From Pseudomonas sp. (GTDB lineage: Bacteria; Pseudomonadota; Gammaproteobacteria; Pseudomonadales; Pseudomonadaceae), in the NCBI GenBank assembly GCA_032105665.1, contig DAMCQE010000015.1:549-64548 (forward strand): 64,000 nt of DNA, written 5' to 3'. Numbering within the stretch: the first letter of the stretch is position 1; every line of letters starts with the position of its first letter. The notes under the pieces were generated by a model that was given only the letters and a program-made list of their open reading frames with translations, was not told where the DNA came from and ran no database searches. Of the stretch, positions 1 to 15,886 are shown piece after piece. The translations under genes and the position numbers were made by a program.

Positions 1-240
1 CCGGAGGAAGCGGTGGATCGTCGTTCGGCGGATGTCATCGACCTTACCGAACTGCTCAAGCGCAGCCTCGCTGCCAAGCCAGGCAAGGCCAGCAAAGAGG
101 ACGACCACGAGGAGGAGGAAAAGGCGCCGGCCAAGCCCAAGACTGCGAGCAAGGCCAAAACGAGCAAATCCTCCTCGGCGGCTTCGCGCACGCGCAAGGC
201 GCCAGCGGCGGGCAGCAAATCCAGCAAAAAGGCGAGCTGA
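1..240 (+). CDS. ku: Ku NHEJ DNA end-binding protein, C-terminal part (truncated by window start)
   Basis: Frame is open from base 1. 'DVIDLTELLKRSL' followed by a Lys/Ala/Ser-rich basic tail is typical of the bacterial Ku C-terminus. It lies directly upstream of a LigD polymerase domain. Confidence 0.85.
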   Translation, partial: PEEAVDRRSADVIDLTELLKRSLAAKPGKASKEDDHEEEEKAPAKPKTASKAKTSKSSSAASRTRKAPAAGSKSSKKAS

Positions 241-252
241 TCGGGGTAGCCC

Positions 253-1173
253 ATGCCAGAGCAGCGCAAGAGCGCCGGCCGCCCGCTGGTGGGCGGCGTC
301 GGCATCAGTAATCCGCAGCGAGTGATCGACAAGGCCAGCGGCGCGAGCAAGCTTGCGCTGGCCGAGTACTACCTGGCGGTCGCCGACCGATTGGTGCCGC
401 AATTGGCTGGCAGGCCACTGTCCATCGTTCGTGCACCTGAAGGCGTCGACGGCGAAAGCTTTTTCCAACGCCATTGCGGTCGGCTGAAGATGCCGCACAT
501 GCGCGCACTGCCGAAAAACCTCGATCCCGAGCATGCGCGGCTGATCCAGGCGGACAACATCACCGCGGTCATCGAGGCCGTGCAGATGGGTACCGTCGAG
601 TTCCACACCTGGAACGCGCGCAGTAATCGCGTCGAGCGGCCCGATCGAGTCATTTTCGATCTCGACCCCGATCCCGCGTTGCCCTGGTCGAGCATGGTGG
701 AGGCGACCGAGCTGACGCTGCAGCTGCTGGACGACCTGGGACTGCAGGCCTTCCTTAAGACCAGCGGAGGCCGGGGCATGCATGTCGTGGTGCCGCTCGA
801 CCGTCGGCACGACTGGGACCTGGCCCGGCAGTTCGCTCGCTCGGTCACCGAGCGGCTGGCGCGCGAGGCGCCGGAGCTGATCGTCGACAAAATGGGGCCG
901 CAGAATCGGGTCGGGCGAATTTTCGTGGACTACCTGCGCAACCAGCGCGGGGCGAGCACCGTTGCCGCCTATTCGGTCAGGGCGCGTCCGGGGCTGGCGG
1001 TATCCGTGCCTGTCGAGCGTGAGGAGCTGGCGCAGCTGGAGAGAGCCGATCGCTGGAACATCGGCAACCTGGATGAGCGTTTGCGGGCATTACGCAGCGA
1101 CCCGTGGGCCCGCTACGGCGCCGTTCGCCAGGGGCTGACGCAGGCACTGCTCAAGCGCCTGGAGAAGGGTTGA
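253..1173 (+). CDS. Stand-alone LigD-type primase-polymerase (PolDom)
   Basis: Motifs RAPEG..FFQRH, PDRVIFDLDP, KTSGGRGMHV, RIFVDYLRN and AYSVRAR. There is no ligase or phosphoesterase domain. Confidence 0.9.
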   Translation: MPEQRKSAGRPLVGGVGISNPQRVIDKASGASKLALAEYYLAVADRLVPQLAGRPLSIVRAPEGVDGESFFQRHCGRLKMPHMRALPKNLDPEHARLIQADNITAVIEAVQMGTVEFHTWNARSNRVERPDRVIFDLDPDPALPWSSMVEATELTLQLLDDLGLQAFLKTSGGRGMHVVVPLDRRHDWDLARQFARSVTERLAREAPELIVDKMGPQNRVGRIFVDYLRNQRGASTVAAYSVRARPGLAVSVPVEREELAQLERADRWNIGNLDERLRALRSDPWARYGAVRQGLTQALLKRLEKG

Positions 1174-1196
1174 GACAACGGCGTGGCGGCGAGCGA

Positions 1197-1361
1197 TCAG
1201 GTGGTCTGGGGGTCGTCGGTATCCGCCACGGTCTGGTTTCCATATGGCGCGCCGGGCTTGTGTTCGTCCAGCTCCTCGGCACAAGGCACCTGCGGCACAT
1301 CGCCCGGCTTGTCATGCACGATCGGGTCGGGTTGCGGCACATCGGGTCGCACGTGAGTCAT
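1197..1361 (-). CDS. Small acidic Pro/Asp-rich hypothetical protein (54 aa)
   Basis: ATG at 1361 with an AGGAGA RBS; an AlgU-like promoter lies upstream at 1409-1435. Confidence 0.55.
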   Translation of the reverse strand: MTHVRPDVPQPDPIVHDKPGDVPQVPCAEELDEHKPGAPYGNQTVADTDDPQTT

Positions 1362-1408
1362 CGTCGTTCTCCTGGTGTTCGCCAGCTCAGCGTTGGCGGC
1401 CGTTCTGC

Positions 1409-1435
1409 ATTGATCGGCCCACGTAGGCGAGGTTC
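1409..1435 (-). promoter_or_regulatory. Putative AlgU/sigmaE promoter for the 54-aa ORF
   Basis: GAACCT-N16-TCAAT on the minus strand. Confidence 0.5.
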
Positions 1436-1586
1436 CGGCCAATCGTCGCTGCTCGCGGCGCTGGCGACCGTCGGCGTGGTCGGGTTCGGCACCCGCTCAC
1501 GGGGGCTTGAAACCGGCAACTGCCGTATTGCGCTCCACCAGGCTCGACCGGTCGCCGGACGGGCTGGCTAACGGCCGCCCGGGGCT

Positions 1587-1613
1587 GAACTTTCCAGGGT
1601 CCCTTGGCTCGGA
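1587..1613 (+). promoter_or_regulatory. Putative AlgU/sigmaE promoter of glgE-treS-glgB
   Basis: GAACTT-N16-TCGGA, about 105 nt upstream of the glgE start. Confidence 0.55.
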
Positions 1614-1718
1614 AGAAAGAGCCGACGAAAACCGTACCGGTCGCCTCCCGAACCGCACGATGACGCGTCCAGAGGCGGCTCGGGCAACCCGAACCCATGC
1701 GCCCCAGGAGCCCGTTCG

Positions 1719-3731
<2,013 letters not shown>

Positions 3732-3867
3732 TTTCTCGGGCGCAGCTGGTAATTCATTTGAATCATACGTTTATGACGCTTTGTTGATGTGAATTCAGCT
3801 GTTGCTCTGCCGTTGCCTAATGCGCCGATCCGGCCTGGGCCTTCACACCGCGACAGGAATGAAGAAC

Positions 3868-7186
<3,319 letters not shown>

Positions 7187-7194
<8 letters not shown>

Positions 7195-9400
7195 TCGTCC
7201 GGTTCTGACCATGCCAGGGGAAACCCTGATGCCCAGCGACGCCGATGTGGACGCACTGGTGCGAGCCGAGCATGGCAACCCGTTTTCCATTCTCGGGCCG
7301 CATCCTGACGGCGAGGGAATCGTGATTCGCGCCTACCTGCCCAATGCCCTGGGTGCCGAAGTGCTCGATCGCGATGAGCAACTGCTTGCCGTGATGGAGC
7401 AGGGGCAGGTGCCCGGATTCTTCTTTATCCGCCTGCCACATCAGCAACCCTACCTGCTGAAGATTCGCTGGGCCGGCGGCGAGCAGATCACCGAAGACCC
7501 CTACAGCTTCGGGCCGCAACTGGGCGAGCTGGACATGCACCTATTCTCGGAAGGCAATCACCGGCAGATCGGCCGGGTATTCGGCTCGCAGGTGCTGGAA
7601 GTCGACGGTGTGCAGGGCGTGCGCTTCGCCGTGTGGGCGCCCAACGCGCGCCGAGTGTCGATCGTCGGCAGCTTCAATGGCTGGGACGGTCGCCGTCACC
7701 CGATGCGGCTGCGCTTTCCGTCCGGCGTGTGGGAGTTGTTCATCCCGCGCCTGCAGCCGGGCGATACCTACAAGTACGAGATTCTCGGGCCGAACGGCAT
7801 CCTGCCGCTCAAGGCCGACCCGATCGCCCTGGCAACCGAGCACCCGCCGGGCACCGCTTCGGTCATCGCCCGGCCGCTGGACTACCAGTGGAAGGACCAT
7901 GGCTGGTTGCAGCAGCGCGCCGCGCGCCAGTCGGTCAAGGCGCCGATGAGCATCTACGAGCTGCATGCCGGCTCCTGGCGGCGTGACGGTGGTGACGATG
8001 GCCGCCTGTACGATTGGCACGAGCTGGCCGAGCGGTTGATTCCCTACGTGGTGGACATGGGCTTCACCCACATCGAGCTGATGCCGATCATGGAGCATCC
8101 GTTCGGTGGCTCCTGGGGTTACCAGCTGCTCTCGCAGTTCGCGCCGAGTGCGCGCTACGGCAACGCCCATGATTTCGCCGAGTTCGTCGACGCCTGCCAT
8201 AACGCCGGCATCGGTGTGATCCTCGACTGGGTGCCGGCGCACTTTCCCACCGACGCCCATGGCCTGGGCGAATTCGACGGCACCGCGCTGTACGAATACG
8301 CACACCCGTTCGAGGGCTTCCATCAGGACTGGGATACCTACATCTACAACCTCGGCCGCACCGAGGTGCACGGCTTCATGCTCGCTTCGGCGCTGCACTG
8401 GCTGCGCGAATTCCACGTCGATGCCCTGCGTGTCGATGCGGTGGCGTCGATGCTCTATCGCGACTATTCGCGCAAGGACGGCGAGTGGATTCCCAACCGC
8501 CATGGCGGGCGCGAGAACCTCGAGGCGATCGACTTCCTGCGCCATCTGAACGACGTGGTGGCCACGGAAACCCCTGGCGCGCTGGTGATCGCCGAGGAAT
8601 CGACAGCCTTTCCGGGCGTCAGCAAGCCTACCAGCGAAGGTGGCCTCGGCTTCTCCTACAAGTGGAACATGGGCTGGATGCACGATTCGCTGAAGTACAT
8701 CCAGGAAGACCCGATCAATCGGCAGTACCACCACGACAAGATGACCTTCAGCATGGTCTACGCCTATTCCGAGCACTTCGTTCTGCCGATTTCCCACGAC
8801 GAAGTGGTCCACGGCAAAGGCTCATTGGTCGACAAGATGCCCGGGGATCGCTGGCAGAAGTTCGCCAACCTGCGCGCCTACTTGTCGTTCATGTGGACTC
8901 ACCCGGGCAAGAAGCTGCTGTTCATGGGCAGCGAGTTCGGCCAGTGGCGCGAGTGGAACCATGACCGCGAGCTGGACTGGCATCTGCTCGAAGAGGCCGA
9001 TCACCGTGGCGTGCAAAATCTGGTGCGCGATCTGAATCGGCTGTACAGCCAGGAGCCGGCGTTGCACGAACTGGACAGCGACCCGCAGGGTTTCCAGTGG
9101 CTGATCGGCGATGACCGCGCCAACAGCGTGTTCGCCTGGCTGCGCAAGAGTTCGACCGGGCACCCGCTGCTGGTGGTCGCCAACTTCACGCCGGTGGTAC
9201 GTGAGGCGTACCGCATCGGCGTTCCGGTGGAGGCCAAGTGGCTGGAGGTCTTCAACAGCGACGCTGCCTGCTACGGCGGCTCTAACACCGGCAACGGCGG
9301 CGGCATGCTCGCCGAGCCGATTGAGAACCACGGCGAGAAGGTCTCGCTGTCACTGACCCTGCCGCCGCTCGGCGTACTGGTACTGCGGCCGCAGGTGTAA
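7187..9400 (+). CDS. glgB: 1,4-alpha-glucan branching enzyme
   Basis: Motifs [24 protein letters not shown] and [14 protein letters not shown] 7187 overlaps the end of treS and follows a GGAGG RBS. Confidence 0.95.
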
Positions 9401-9418
9401 GGCTGCCGCACTGAAGAG

Positions 9419-9453
9419 CGCCGCTCGGGGCAACCTGAGCGGCGTTTTTTTTT
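9419..9453 (+). terminator. Rho-independent terminator after glgB
   Basis: CGCCGCTCGGGGCAACCTGAGCGGCG hairpin followed by T9. Confidence 0.85.
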
Positions 9454-9703
9454 GCGGGTAGGGCATCCGCTTTATCGCGGCTTGTGCGCTCTAACGCACT
9501 TGCAGAGCGATGCGCTAGGCTGCACCGCGATGGTCACGGTCTAGCACTCATTGAGTGTGTGCCTTGGAGGACGCGTTGCGGATTCCAACTAGCGGTCAAG
9601 CCCACTGCCACTGCCACGGACGCTGCGGCGAGCCTGTCGTGGATAGAGCTGCTGACAGAACCGACCGGTGAGGCTGTTCCCCTCCGTTCAGGTATCCGCA
9701 TTT

Positions 9704-9768
9704 ATGGTGCGACCCTGGTCGCGAACGGAGCACATCTCGAATCGCGGTCTTCCGGAGATCGCTCTCGC
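9704..9768. repeat. Degenerate REP doublet (REPIN-like)
   Basis: GGTGCGACCCTGGTCGCGAA followed by an inverted ATCGCGGTC...GATCGCTCTCGC; resembles the copies at 17764-17958. Confidence 0.4.
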
Positions 9769-9774
9769 TGACCT

Positions 9775-10782
9775 TCAACTCGTTTCCTGAGAGACAGTCT
9801 GCTGGTCACCGGCCTGGTTGCTGCTGCGCAGCTTCTTCGCCCGGGCTTCGAGCACCACATAGACGAGGGTGGCGAACAGCAGGGGGATCAGGAAGTAGAT
9901 GACCCGGTAGCCGATCAGACCGCCGACGATGGCGCCTTTGCTCATCTCGTCGGCGAGCATTGCCACGAATACCGCCTCGATGACGCCGAGCCCAGCCGGG
10001 ATGTGGGTGACCACGCCGGCGATGCTGCTGATCATCAGGATACCCAGCACTTCGGGATAGGCGGCCTTCTGGGAAAGCATGAAGTACACCACCAGCGCCA
10101 TCAGCGACCAGTTGGCGGCGCCCAGCACCAGCTGGATCAGAGCCAGGCGCAGCGAAGGCAGTTGAATCTCGTGGCCGCGAATGGTCCATGAGCGACGCTT
10201 GGAGAAGCCGCACAGCCACAGATACACCACACACGCCACCAGCAGGCCGACGCCAAGCACCCGCAGGGCGGTGAAGCCGATTTCCCAGCTGGCCGGCGGC
10301 TGAATCCAGCCCATGGCGAAGATCATTCCGGCCAGCCACATGTAGCCCAGCCAGTTGGTGAGGATGCTCATGGTGAACACCCGGGTGATCTGCGAGGGTT
10401 TCAGCCCCAGGCGCGAGTACAGACGGAAACGCAGGGCGATGCCGCCGACCCAGGCGCTCAGGTTGAGGTTGAAGGCGTAGCAGACGAAGGTCACCGGCAG
10501 GATCTGTCGGATCGGCAGGTCATGCCGTGCGTAGGCTTTGCCCAGCACATCGAAGAAGCAGTACACGAGGTAGCTGCCAAAAGCGGCAGCGCCAGCCATC
10601 CACAGCGTCTGCGCCTGGTAGTTGCGCAGGGTCTTGTAGACCTCACCCCAATCGAGGTTGCGCGCTAGACCGACTAGCAGGCCGACAACAAGTGCGAAGA
10701 ACACATAGGTGAGGATCTTCTTGATCAGCGGCCAGCGTCGGCGCCAGCCGCTCTTTGCCTCGGCCTGGTTGGTCTGGCTCAT
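9775..10782 (-). CDS. ybhN: YbhN/UPF0104 lysylphosphatidylglycerol-synthase-like membrane protein
   Basis: Multi-TM protein with HIPAGLGVIEAVF and YRVIYFLIP. Start (MSQTNQ) at 10782 overlaps the clsB stop; ybhP-clsB-ybhN synteny. Confidence 0.8.
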   Translation of the reverse strand: MSQTNQAEAKSGWRRRWPLIKKILTYVFFALVVGLLVGLARNLDWGEVYKTLRNYQAQTLWMAGAAAFGSYLVYCFFDVLGKAYARHDLPIRQILPVTFVCYAFNLNLSAWVGGIALRFRLYSRLGLKPSQITRVFTMSILTNWLGYMWLAGMIFAMGWIQPPASWEIGFTALRVLGVGLLVACVVYLWLCGFSKRRSWTIRGHEIQLPSLRLALIQLVLGAANWSLMALVVYFMLSQKAAYPEVLGILMISSIAGVVTHIPAGLGVIEAVFVAMLADEMSKGAIVGGLIGYRVIYFLIPLLFATLVYVVLEARAKKLRSSNQAGDQQTVSQETS

Positions 10783-12026
10783 TGGTGGTCTCGCTGCAGG
10801 GGAGAAGGCACGGGATCGAGTGGGCGGGTGGTGTCCGGTTCGATCAGCTCCAGGCGTGGCTTGTGCTCGGGGAACAGGCTGACCAGCCCCGGGAAGTGCC
10901 GCAGGAAGTGGAAGATCAGGAAGGCCAGCGGCGCACGCCACCAGAAACCGCGGACGATCCGCTCCAGCGGAATACGCCGGCAGTCGGTCTGCAGCAGGTG
11001 ATCGAGGCGCTCGTGCAGGTGGCGGTTGAACACATGATCACGAATGATCAGGTTGGCCTCCAGATTGAGCGACAGGCTCAGCGGATCGAGGTTGCTCGAG
11101 CCGACTGTGGACCACTCGTAGTCGGCCAGCGCGACCTTGCCATGCAGCGGGCGGCGGCAGTACTCGTGGATCTCCACGCCGTCGCGCATCAGGTAGTTGT
11201 AGAGCATGCGCGCGCCGAACTTGGCGATGGGCATGTCCGGCTCGCCCTGGAGGATCAGCCGCACCCGTACGCCACGTCGCGCAGCGTTGCGGATTTCCCG
11301 CAGTACGCGGTATCCGGGAAAGAAATAAGCGTTTGCAATCAATAGCCTGGAGCGGGCATCTCGAATCGCTTGCAGGTAGTGCTCTTCGATGTCGTTGCGG
11401 TGCTGATCGTTGTCGCGAACGACGAACAGTGCGCGTGCCTCGCCGCGGCTGATGCCGCCGTAGCCCGGCGTCTGCTGGCGCACGCGGCGTCGCCACCAGC
11501 GGTGCTGCGGCGGCTTGTTCGGGGCGATCTGGCTCAGGGCGAAGTGATGGATGTCGCGCACCACCGGGCCTTCCACCTGTAGGGCGTAGTCCTGCTTGGC
11601 AGCAGGGCCGAAGTCACCGAGGTGATCGGCGGAGAAGTTGATGCCGCCGATGAAGGCAACCTCGCCATCGACCACCACGATCTTGCGGTGCATACGGCGG
11701 AACACGTTGAGCCGGCGGCCGAGCAGACGCTTGCCGGGGTCGAACATGTGGATGCGTACGCCCACTCGGGTCATGGCCGTGACGAACTCGCCATGCAGGT
11801 CGGCCGAGCCGTAGCCGTCGACCGTGACGTCGACGCTGGCGCCATTCTCTGCCGCAGCGATCAGGGCTTTCTGCAACTCGTTGCCGACCTTGTCCTGAAA
11901 CAGGATGAAGGTTTCCAGCAACACCTCTTTCTTGGCCTGGGCGATGACCTCGAACACTCGAGGAAAGAACTCTTCGCCGTTTTCCAGTAACTGAAGGCGA
12001 TTCCCGTCTCTCCAGTGGTAACTCAT
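10779..12026 (-). CDS. clsB: Cardiolipin synthase B (PLD family)
   Basis: Two HKD motifs (HRKIVVVD, HGKVALAD) with GGIN and GSSNLD. Confidence 0.9.
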   Translation of the reverse strand: MSYHWRDGNRLQLLENGEEFFPRVFEVIAQAKKEVLLETFILFQDKVGNELQKALIAAAENGASVDVTVDGYGSADLHGEFVTAMTRVGVRIHMFDPGKRLLGRRLNVFRRMHRKIVVVDGEVAFIGGINFSADHLGDFGPAAKQDYALQVEGPVVRDIHHFALSQIAPNKPPQHRWWRRRVRQQTPGYGGISRGEARALFVVRDNDQHRNDIEEHYLQAIRDARSRLLIANAYFFPGYRVLREIRNAARRGVRVRLILQGEPDMPIAKFGARMLYNYLMRDGVEIHEYCRRPLHGKVALADYEWSTVGSSNLDPLSLSLNLEANLIIRDHVFNRHLHERLDHLLQTDCRRIPLERIVRGFWWRAPLAFLIFHFLRHFPGLVSLFPEHKPRLELIEPDTTRPLDPVPSPLQRDHQ

Positions 12027-12826
12027 AGATGTATCTCCACCGCTAGGGGCAGATGATCGGACAAGTGCGTCCAGGGTTTGTTACCGAGGATTCGCGCATC
12101 GTGGCTGCTGGCATTGCGCACATAGATGCGGTCCAGGCGCAGCATCGGCCAGCGTGCCGGGAAGGTTTTCGCCACCTGACCCTGGGAAACGGCGAAGACC
12201 TCATGCAGGCCAGCACAGCGGTCCAGGGTCCTGGTGGCCTTGAGTCGCCAGTCGTTGAAGTCTCCCGCGACCACCACGGGCGCACCTTCGGGCAGCGAGT
12301 CGAGCAGGTTGCAGAGCAGTTCCAGCTGCTGCTGACGGTGCGACTCGCGCAGCCCAAGGTGTACGCAGATCGCGTGAAACTCGTCGTGCCCCGGCACTTG
12401 CAGCACGCTATGCAACAGGCCGCGGCGTTCCGGGCCGGCGATGGAAATGTCGAGGTTCTCGTAGCGGATGATCGGAAACTTCGACAGCACGGCGTTGCCA
12501 TGGTCGCCGTCCGGGTAGACCGCGTTGCGGCCGTAGGCGAAATCGGTCCAGATGCTGTCGGCCAGAAACTCGTACTGTGGCGTGGACGGCCAGTTGTGAA
12601 AGCGCAACGCGTGCTTATCGTGGGTGCCGAGAACTTCCTGCAGGAACACCACATCCGCCGAGACGCTGCGCACCGCTTCACGCAGCTCGGGGAGGATGAA
12701 GCGACGGTTGAGTGCGGTGAAGCCCTTGTGCGTATTGACCGTGAGAATGCGGATCGAATTGACCGCTGTCGCCATGTGGGCATCGAGGTCGGCGCTTTCG
12801 ATCGGGTGATTTTTGTCCAGAGTCAA
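12023..12826 (-). CDS. ybhP: Endonuclease/exonuclease/phosphatase family protein YbhP
   Basis: Motifs TVNTHKG, LQEV, GDFNDW, LDRIY and SDHLPL. Confidence 0.85.
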   Translation of the reverse strand: MTLDKNHPIESADLDAHMATAVNSIRILTVNTHKGFTALNRRFILPELREAVRSVSADVVFLQEVLGTHDKHALRFHNWPSTPQYEFLADSIWTDFAYGRNAVYPDGDHGNAVLSKFPIIRYENLDISIAGPERRGLLHSVLQVPGHDEFHAICVHLGLRESHRQQQLELLCNLLDSLPEGAPVVVAGDFNDWRLKATRTLDRCAGLHEVFAVSQGQVAKTFPARWPMLRLDRIYVRNASSHDARILGNKPWTHLSDHLPLAVEIHL

Positions 12827-13740
12827 ACCATTGCTCCTTCCAGTTGGCCGGGCGTGGCCTGCAGGTGTTCATCCAGGTCGAGCCGGCGCAGCAGTTGCCG
12901 CGCGTCATAGGGCGCGCGAACCTTCACGTCGTTGTCGAAGTAGCAGTACACCGCGCGGGATTTGCGCGGCCGCGGCTTGCGCGGGCTGGTCAGTCGCGCG
13001 TCATCGGGCTGGTCGCCGTCGCTCCAGCGCTGAATGCGTTGACACCAGTGGTCCAGCGCGGCATCGGTGTAACCGCTGGTATAGAGCTCTTCCGCGCCAT
13101 GCAGGCGGATGTAGACGAAGTCGCTGGTGAGGTCTTCTAGGTGCGGCCACTTGCCGGCAGTGTCTGCCACCACCAGCGCGACCCGGTACTTGCGCAGCAG
13201 GTCGATGAATTCGGGCTCGGCGAAACTGGCGTTGCGGATTTCTACCGCGTGCCGCATCGGCCGCTTGCGGTCGATGGACAGGTAGCTGCGCCCCTCCATG
13301 CGGGGCTCGCATCCTTTGGCGATGGCCAGCGCGGCTTTGGTGTCGTGGGGCAGCTGGCGAAGGAAAGTCTCGAACAGTTCCGCATCGAATTTGAACGAAG
13401 GCGGGAACTGCCAGAGGATCGGCCCGAGTTTTTCCTTGAGCTGGAAGATTCCCGAAGCGAAGAAGTTGGCGATGGGCTTCTCCACATCGTTAAGACGGCG
13501 TACGTGGGTGATGTAGCGTGGCCCCTTGATGCTGAAAACGAAGCCCTTTGGCGTATCGGTGTACCAGTCGGTATAGCGCTCCGGGGTCTGCAGCGAATAG
13601 AACGAGCCATTGATCTCGATGCTGCTCACCGCGCGCGAGGCGAACTGCAGTTCCTTCTTCTGCGTCAGCCCCTTGGGGTAGAAATCGCCGCGCCAGGGCG
13701 CGTAACGCCAGCCGGATATGCCGATATGAATGTTCGTCAT
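12823..13740 (-). CDS. DUF72 (YecE-like) protein
   Basis: Motifs IGISGWRY, IEINGSFY, YIRLHG and YFDNDVK. Confidence 0.85.
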   Translation of the reverse strand: MTNIHIGISGWRYAPWRGDFYPKGLTQKKELQFASRAVSSIEINGSFYSLQTPERYTDWYTDTPKGFVFSIKGPRYITHVRRLNDVEKPIANFFASGIFQLKEKLGPILWQFPPSFKFDAELFETFLRQLPHDTKAALAIAKGCEPRMEGRSYLSIDRKRPMRHAVEIRNASFAEPEFIDLLRKYRVALVVADTAGKWPHLEDLTSDFVYIRLHGAEELYTSGYTDAALDHWCQRIQRWSDGDQPDDARLTSPRKPRPRKSRAVYCYFDNDVKVRAPYDARQLLRRLDLDEHLQATPGQLEGAMV

Positions 13741-13900
13741 GGGCCGGCCCTACCGTGCAATCAGGACAGACGAGGCGCTTGCCGGATTACTGGCGGCGGT
13801 AGCTGCTACGCAGGGCGTTGCACCGGTGACGGGGTTGACCGCTTTCATAACCACTCCAATTCGCCCAGACAGGTGCGCAATCGCCGATGCGCACATCTGT

Positions 13901-13927
13901 TCCGACTTTTGCGCGCAGTAGCGGTTC
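13901..13927 (-). promoter_or_regulatory. Putative AlgU/sigmaE promoter of DUF72-ybhP-clsB-ybhN
   Basis: GAACCG-N16-TCGGA on the minus strand. Confidence 0.45.
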
Positions 13928-14008
13928 ACCTTTTCTATCGCGGTGGTGGCAGTTTTAGCGTGCGGGCTGCGCTCTGGACCGCGGTCTTGCGGCTGAAGTG
14001 GAGCGGAT

Positions 14009-14929
14009 TCAGCCCGACGACAGGCTCCACGGCAGGTCAGCGGAAAAGGCGTCGACCAAATAATCGATCATCACCCGGACCTTGGCCGGAGGACGTCTAT
14101 CGGGCGGGTAGACCACGTGAATTCCACCAAGCTCGACGCACGGCTGATCCAGTTCGAGGGCGACCAGTTCACCGCTGCGCAACGCCTTGGCGACAATGAA
14201 TTGCGGCTGGTAGATCACGCCCTGTCCACCGACCGCGGCGGCCACCAGGGCTTCCCCATTGTTGGCGACCAGATCGCCGTTGACTGCGATCCGCACCTCG
14301 GCATTGCGACCGAACGGCCAGACCTTGCCCGCGGCGAGGCTCGCCAGGCTGTAGCCGAGACAGTTGTGCTGCCCCAGGTCGGCGACGCTGCGCGGCACGC
14401 CTCGCTCATCCAGATAGCGCGGCGCGGCACAGACCAACAATGGGGAATCGGCAAGCTGGCGGGCCTGCATGGGACTGTCCTGCAGCCTGCCAATGCGAAC
14501 GGCCATGTCCCAGCCGCCATCGATCAGGTCGATCCGGCTGTCGGTCAGGCCGAGTTCCACTTTCACCGCGGGATGGCGACGGCTGAACTCCGGAATGAGC
14601 GGGGCGATGAATTGCGTGCCGAACGTCAGCGGCACATTCATGCGCAACAGCCCGGTGGCCTCGATCCGCTGCGACGCAACGCTGGCCTCGGCTTCCTCTA
14701 TCTCCGGGAGGATGCGCTGGCAGGCCTCCAGATAGTTGCTGCCGGCCTCGGTCAGGCTCAGGCGACGGGTGCTGCGGTGGAACAACTTGACCCCGAGACG
14801 GGCCTCCAGCGCATCGACATGCTTGCTGGCCATCGCTGGCGACATTTCCAGATGGCGCGCCGCCGCCGAGAGGCTGCCAGCCGCGGCAGCGCGGGCGAAT
14901 ACGCGCATGCCAGTGATTCTGTCGAGCAT
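14009..14929 (-). CDS. LysR-family regulator (CrgA/DmlR-like)
   Basis: N-terminal HTH (GSLSAAARHL..LEARLGVKLFHRSTR) plus substrate-binding domain; divergent from the dioxygenase. Confidence 0.92.
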   Translation of the reverse strand: MLDRITGMRVFARAAAAGSLSAAARHLEMSPAMASKHVDALEARLGVKLFHRSTRRLSLTEAGSNYLEACQRILPEIEEAEASVASQRIEATGLLRMNVPLTFGTQFIAPLIPEFSRRHPAVKVELGLTDSRIDLIDGGWDMAVRIGRLQDSPMQARQLADSPLLVCAAPRYLDERGVPRSVADLGQHNCLGYSLASLAAGKVWPFGRNAEVRIAVNGDLVANNGEALVAAAVGGQGVIYQPQFIVAKALRSGELVALELDQPCVELGGIHVVYPPDRRPPAKVRVMIDYLVDAFSADLPWSLSSG

Positions 14930-15029
14930 CGCGGCTCCTACTCTTGGTTAAAACTGTCTGTGCTTTCTAGCAGGTTCTCTCACTAGTGAGTGTAGGTCAT
15001 GCTTTGTCGCACGTCCTTCAGGGAGCCCG

Positions 15030-15857
15030 ATGATGATTGCCAGTGATCCTGCTACCGATCGAACCATGCCGACGCTGTTCGTGCCGCATGGCGCCGGGCC
15101 TTGCTTCTTCATGGAGTGGAACCCGCCGACCGCCTGGAACGCCATGGCTGATTTCCTCAGGGGCATCGCCGCGACACTGCCGGCGAAACCGACGGCCATC
15201 GTGCTGATTTCCGGGCACTGGCTGCAGCCGACGTTCAGCGTCACCAGCGCTGCGCGGCCGGCATTGGTCTACGACTATCACGGCTTTCCGCCGCACACCT
15301 ATGAGCTGCGCTATCCGGCTGCAGGTGAGCCGCGGCTGGCTGCACGTATCGCCGGCCTGCTCGAAGACGCTTCGCTCGGTGGCCATGAGGACGCACAGCG
15401 CGGCTTCGACCACGGCATGTTCATCCCGCTGAAGCTGATGTTTCCCGACGCGGATATCCCGGTGGTGCAGCTTTCGTTGCGCAGCGACCTCGACCCGCAG
15501 GCACATATCGAGGCCGGTCGTGCCTTGCAGGGCTTGTGCAAGGACGGGGTGCTGATCGTCGGCAGCGGCATGAGCTTTCACAACATGCGTGGCTACGGCG
15601 ACCCGCGTTTCGCGCCGATCTCCGACGAGTTCGATCGCTGGCTGAGCGCCGCGGTCGAATCTGCGCCCGAGCAACGCGATCTCGCGCTGCAACGCTGGGA
15701 ACACGCGCCGTCGGCACGCCTCTGCCATCCGCCGCGCGCCGAGGAACATCTGCTTCCGCTGCTGGTGGCGGCCGGCGCGGGTGACCGCTCCATCGGACGC
15801 AAGGTCTTCAGTGACCGCGTCATGCACACCACGCTGTCCGCCTATCGCTTCGGCTGA
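15030..15857 (+). CDS. Class III extradiol ring-cleavage dioxygenase (DODA/YgiD/LigB family)
   Basis: Motifs PHGAGP, ISGHW, YDYHGFP, RGFDHG, GSGMSFHN and HPPRAEEHLLPL. Confidence 0.88.
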   Translation: MMIASDPATDRTMPTLFVPHGAGPCFFMEWNPPTAWNAMADFLRGIAATLPAKPTAIVLISGHWLQPTFSVTSAARPALVYDYHGFPPHTYELRYPAAGEPRLAARIAGLLEDASLGGHEDAQRGFDHGMFIPLKLMFPDADIPVVQLSLRSDLDPQAHIEAGRALQGLCKDGVLIVGSGMSFHNMRGYGDPRFAPISDEFDRWLSAAVESAPEQRDLALQRWEHAPSARLCHPPRAEEHLLPLLVAAGAGDRSIGRKVFSDRVMHTTLSAYRFG

Positions 15858-15886
15858 CAGGGCAAATTTCTACAGGAGAACAAGCG

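Noticed and set aside
3763..3776. Short palindrome TCATA-CGTT-TATGA in the AT-rich glgE-treS gap
   Set aside because: It has only 5-bp arms and I cannot assign a regulator; it could be chance.
9484..9771. 95-aa ORF in the glgB-ybhN gap, and ORFs within 17536-18186
   Set aside because: No RBS or protein-like composition; they overlap REP-like non-coding palindromes.
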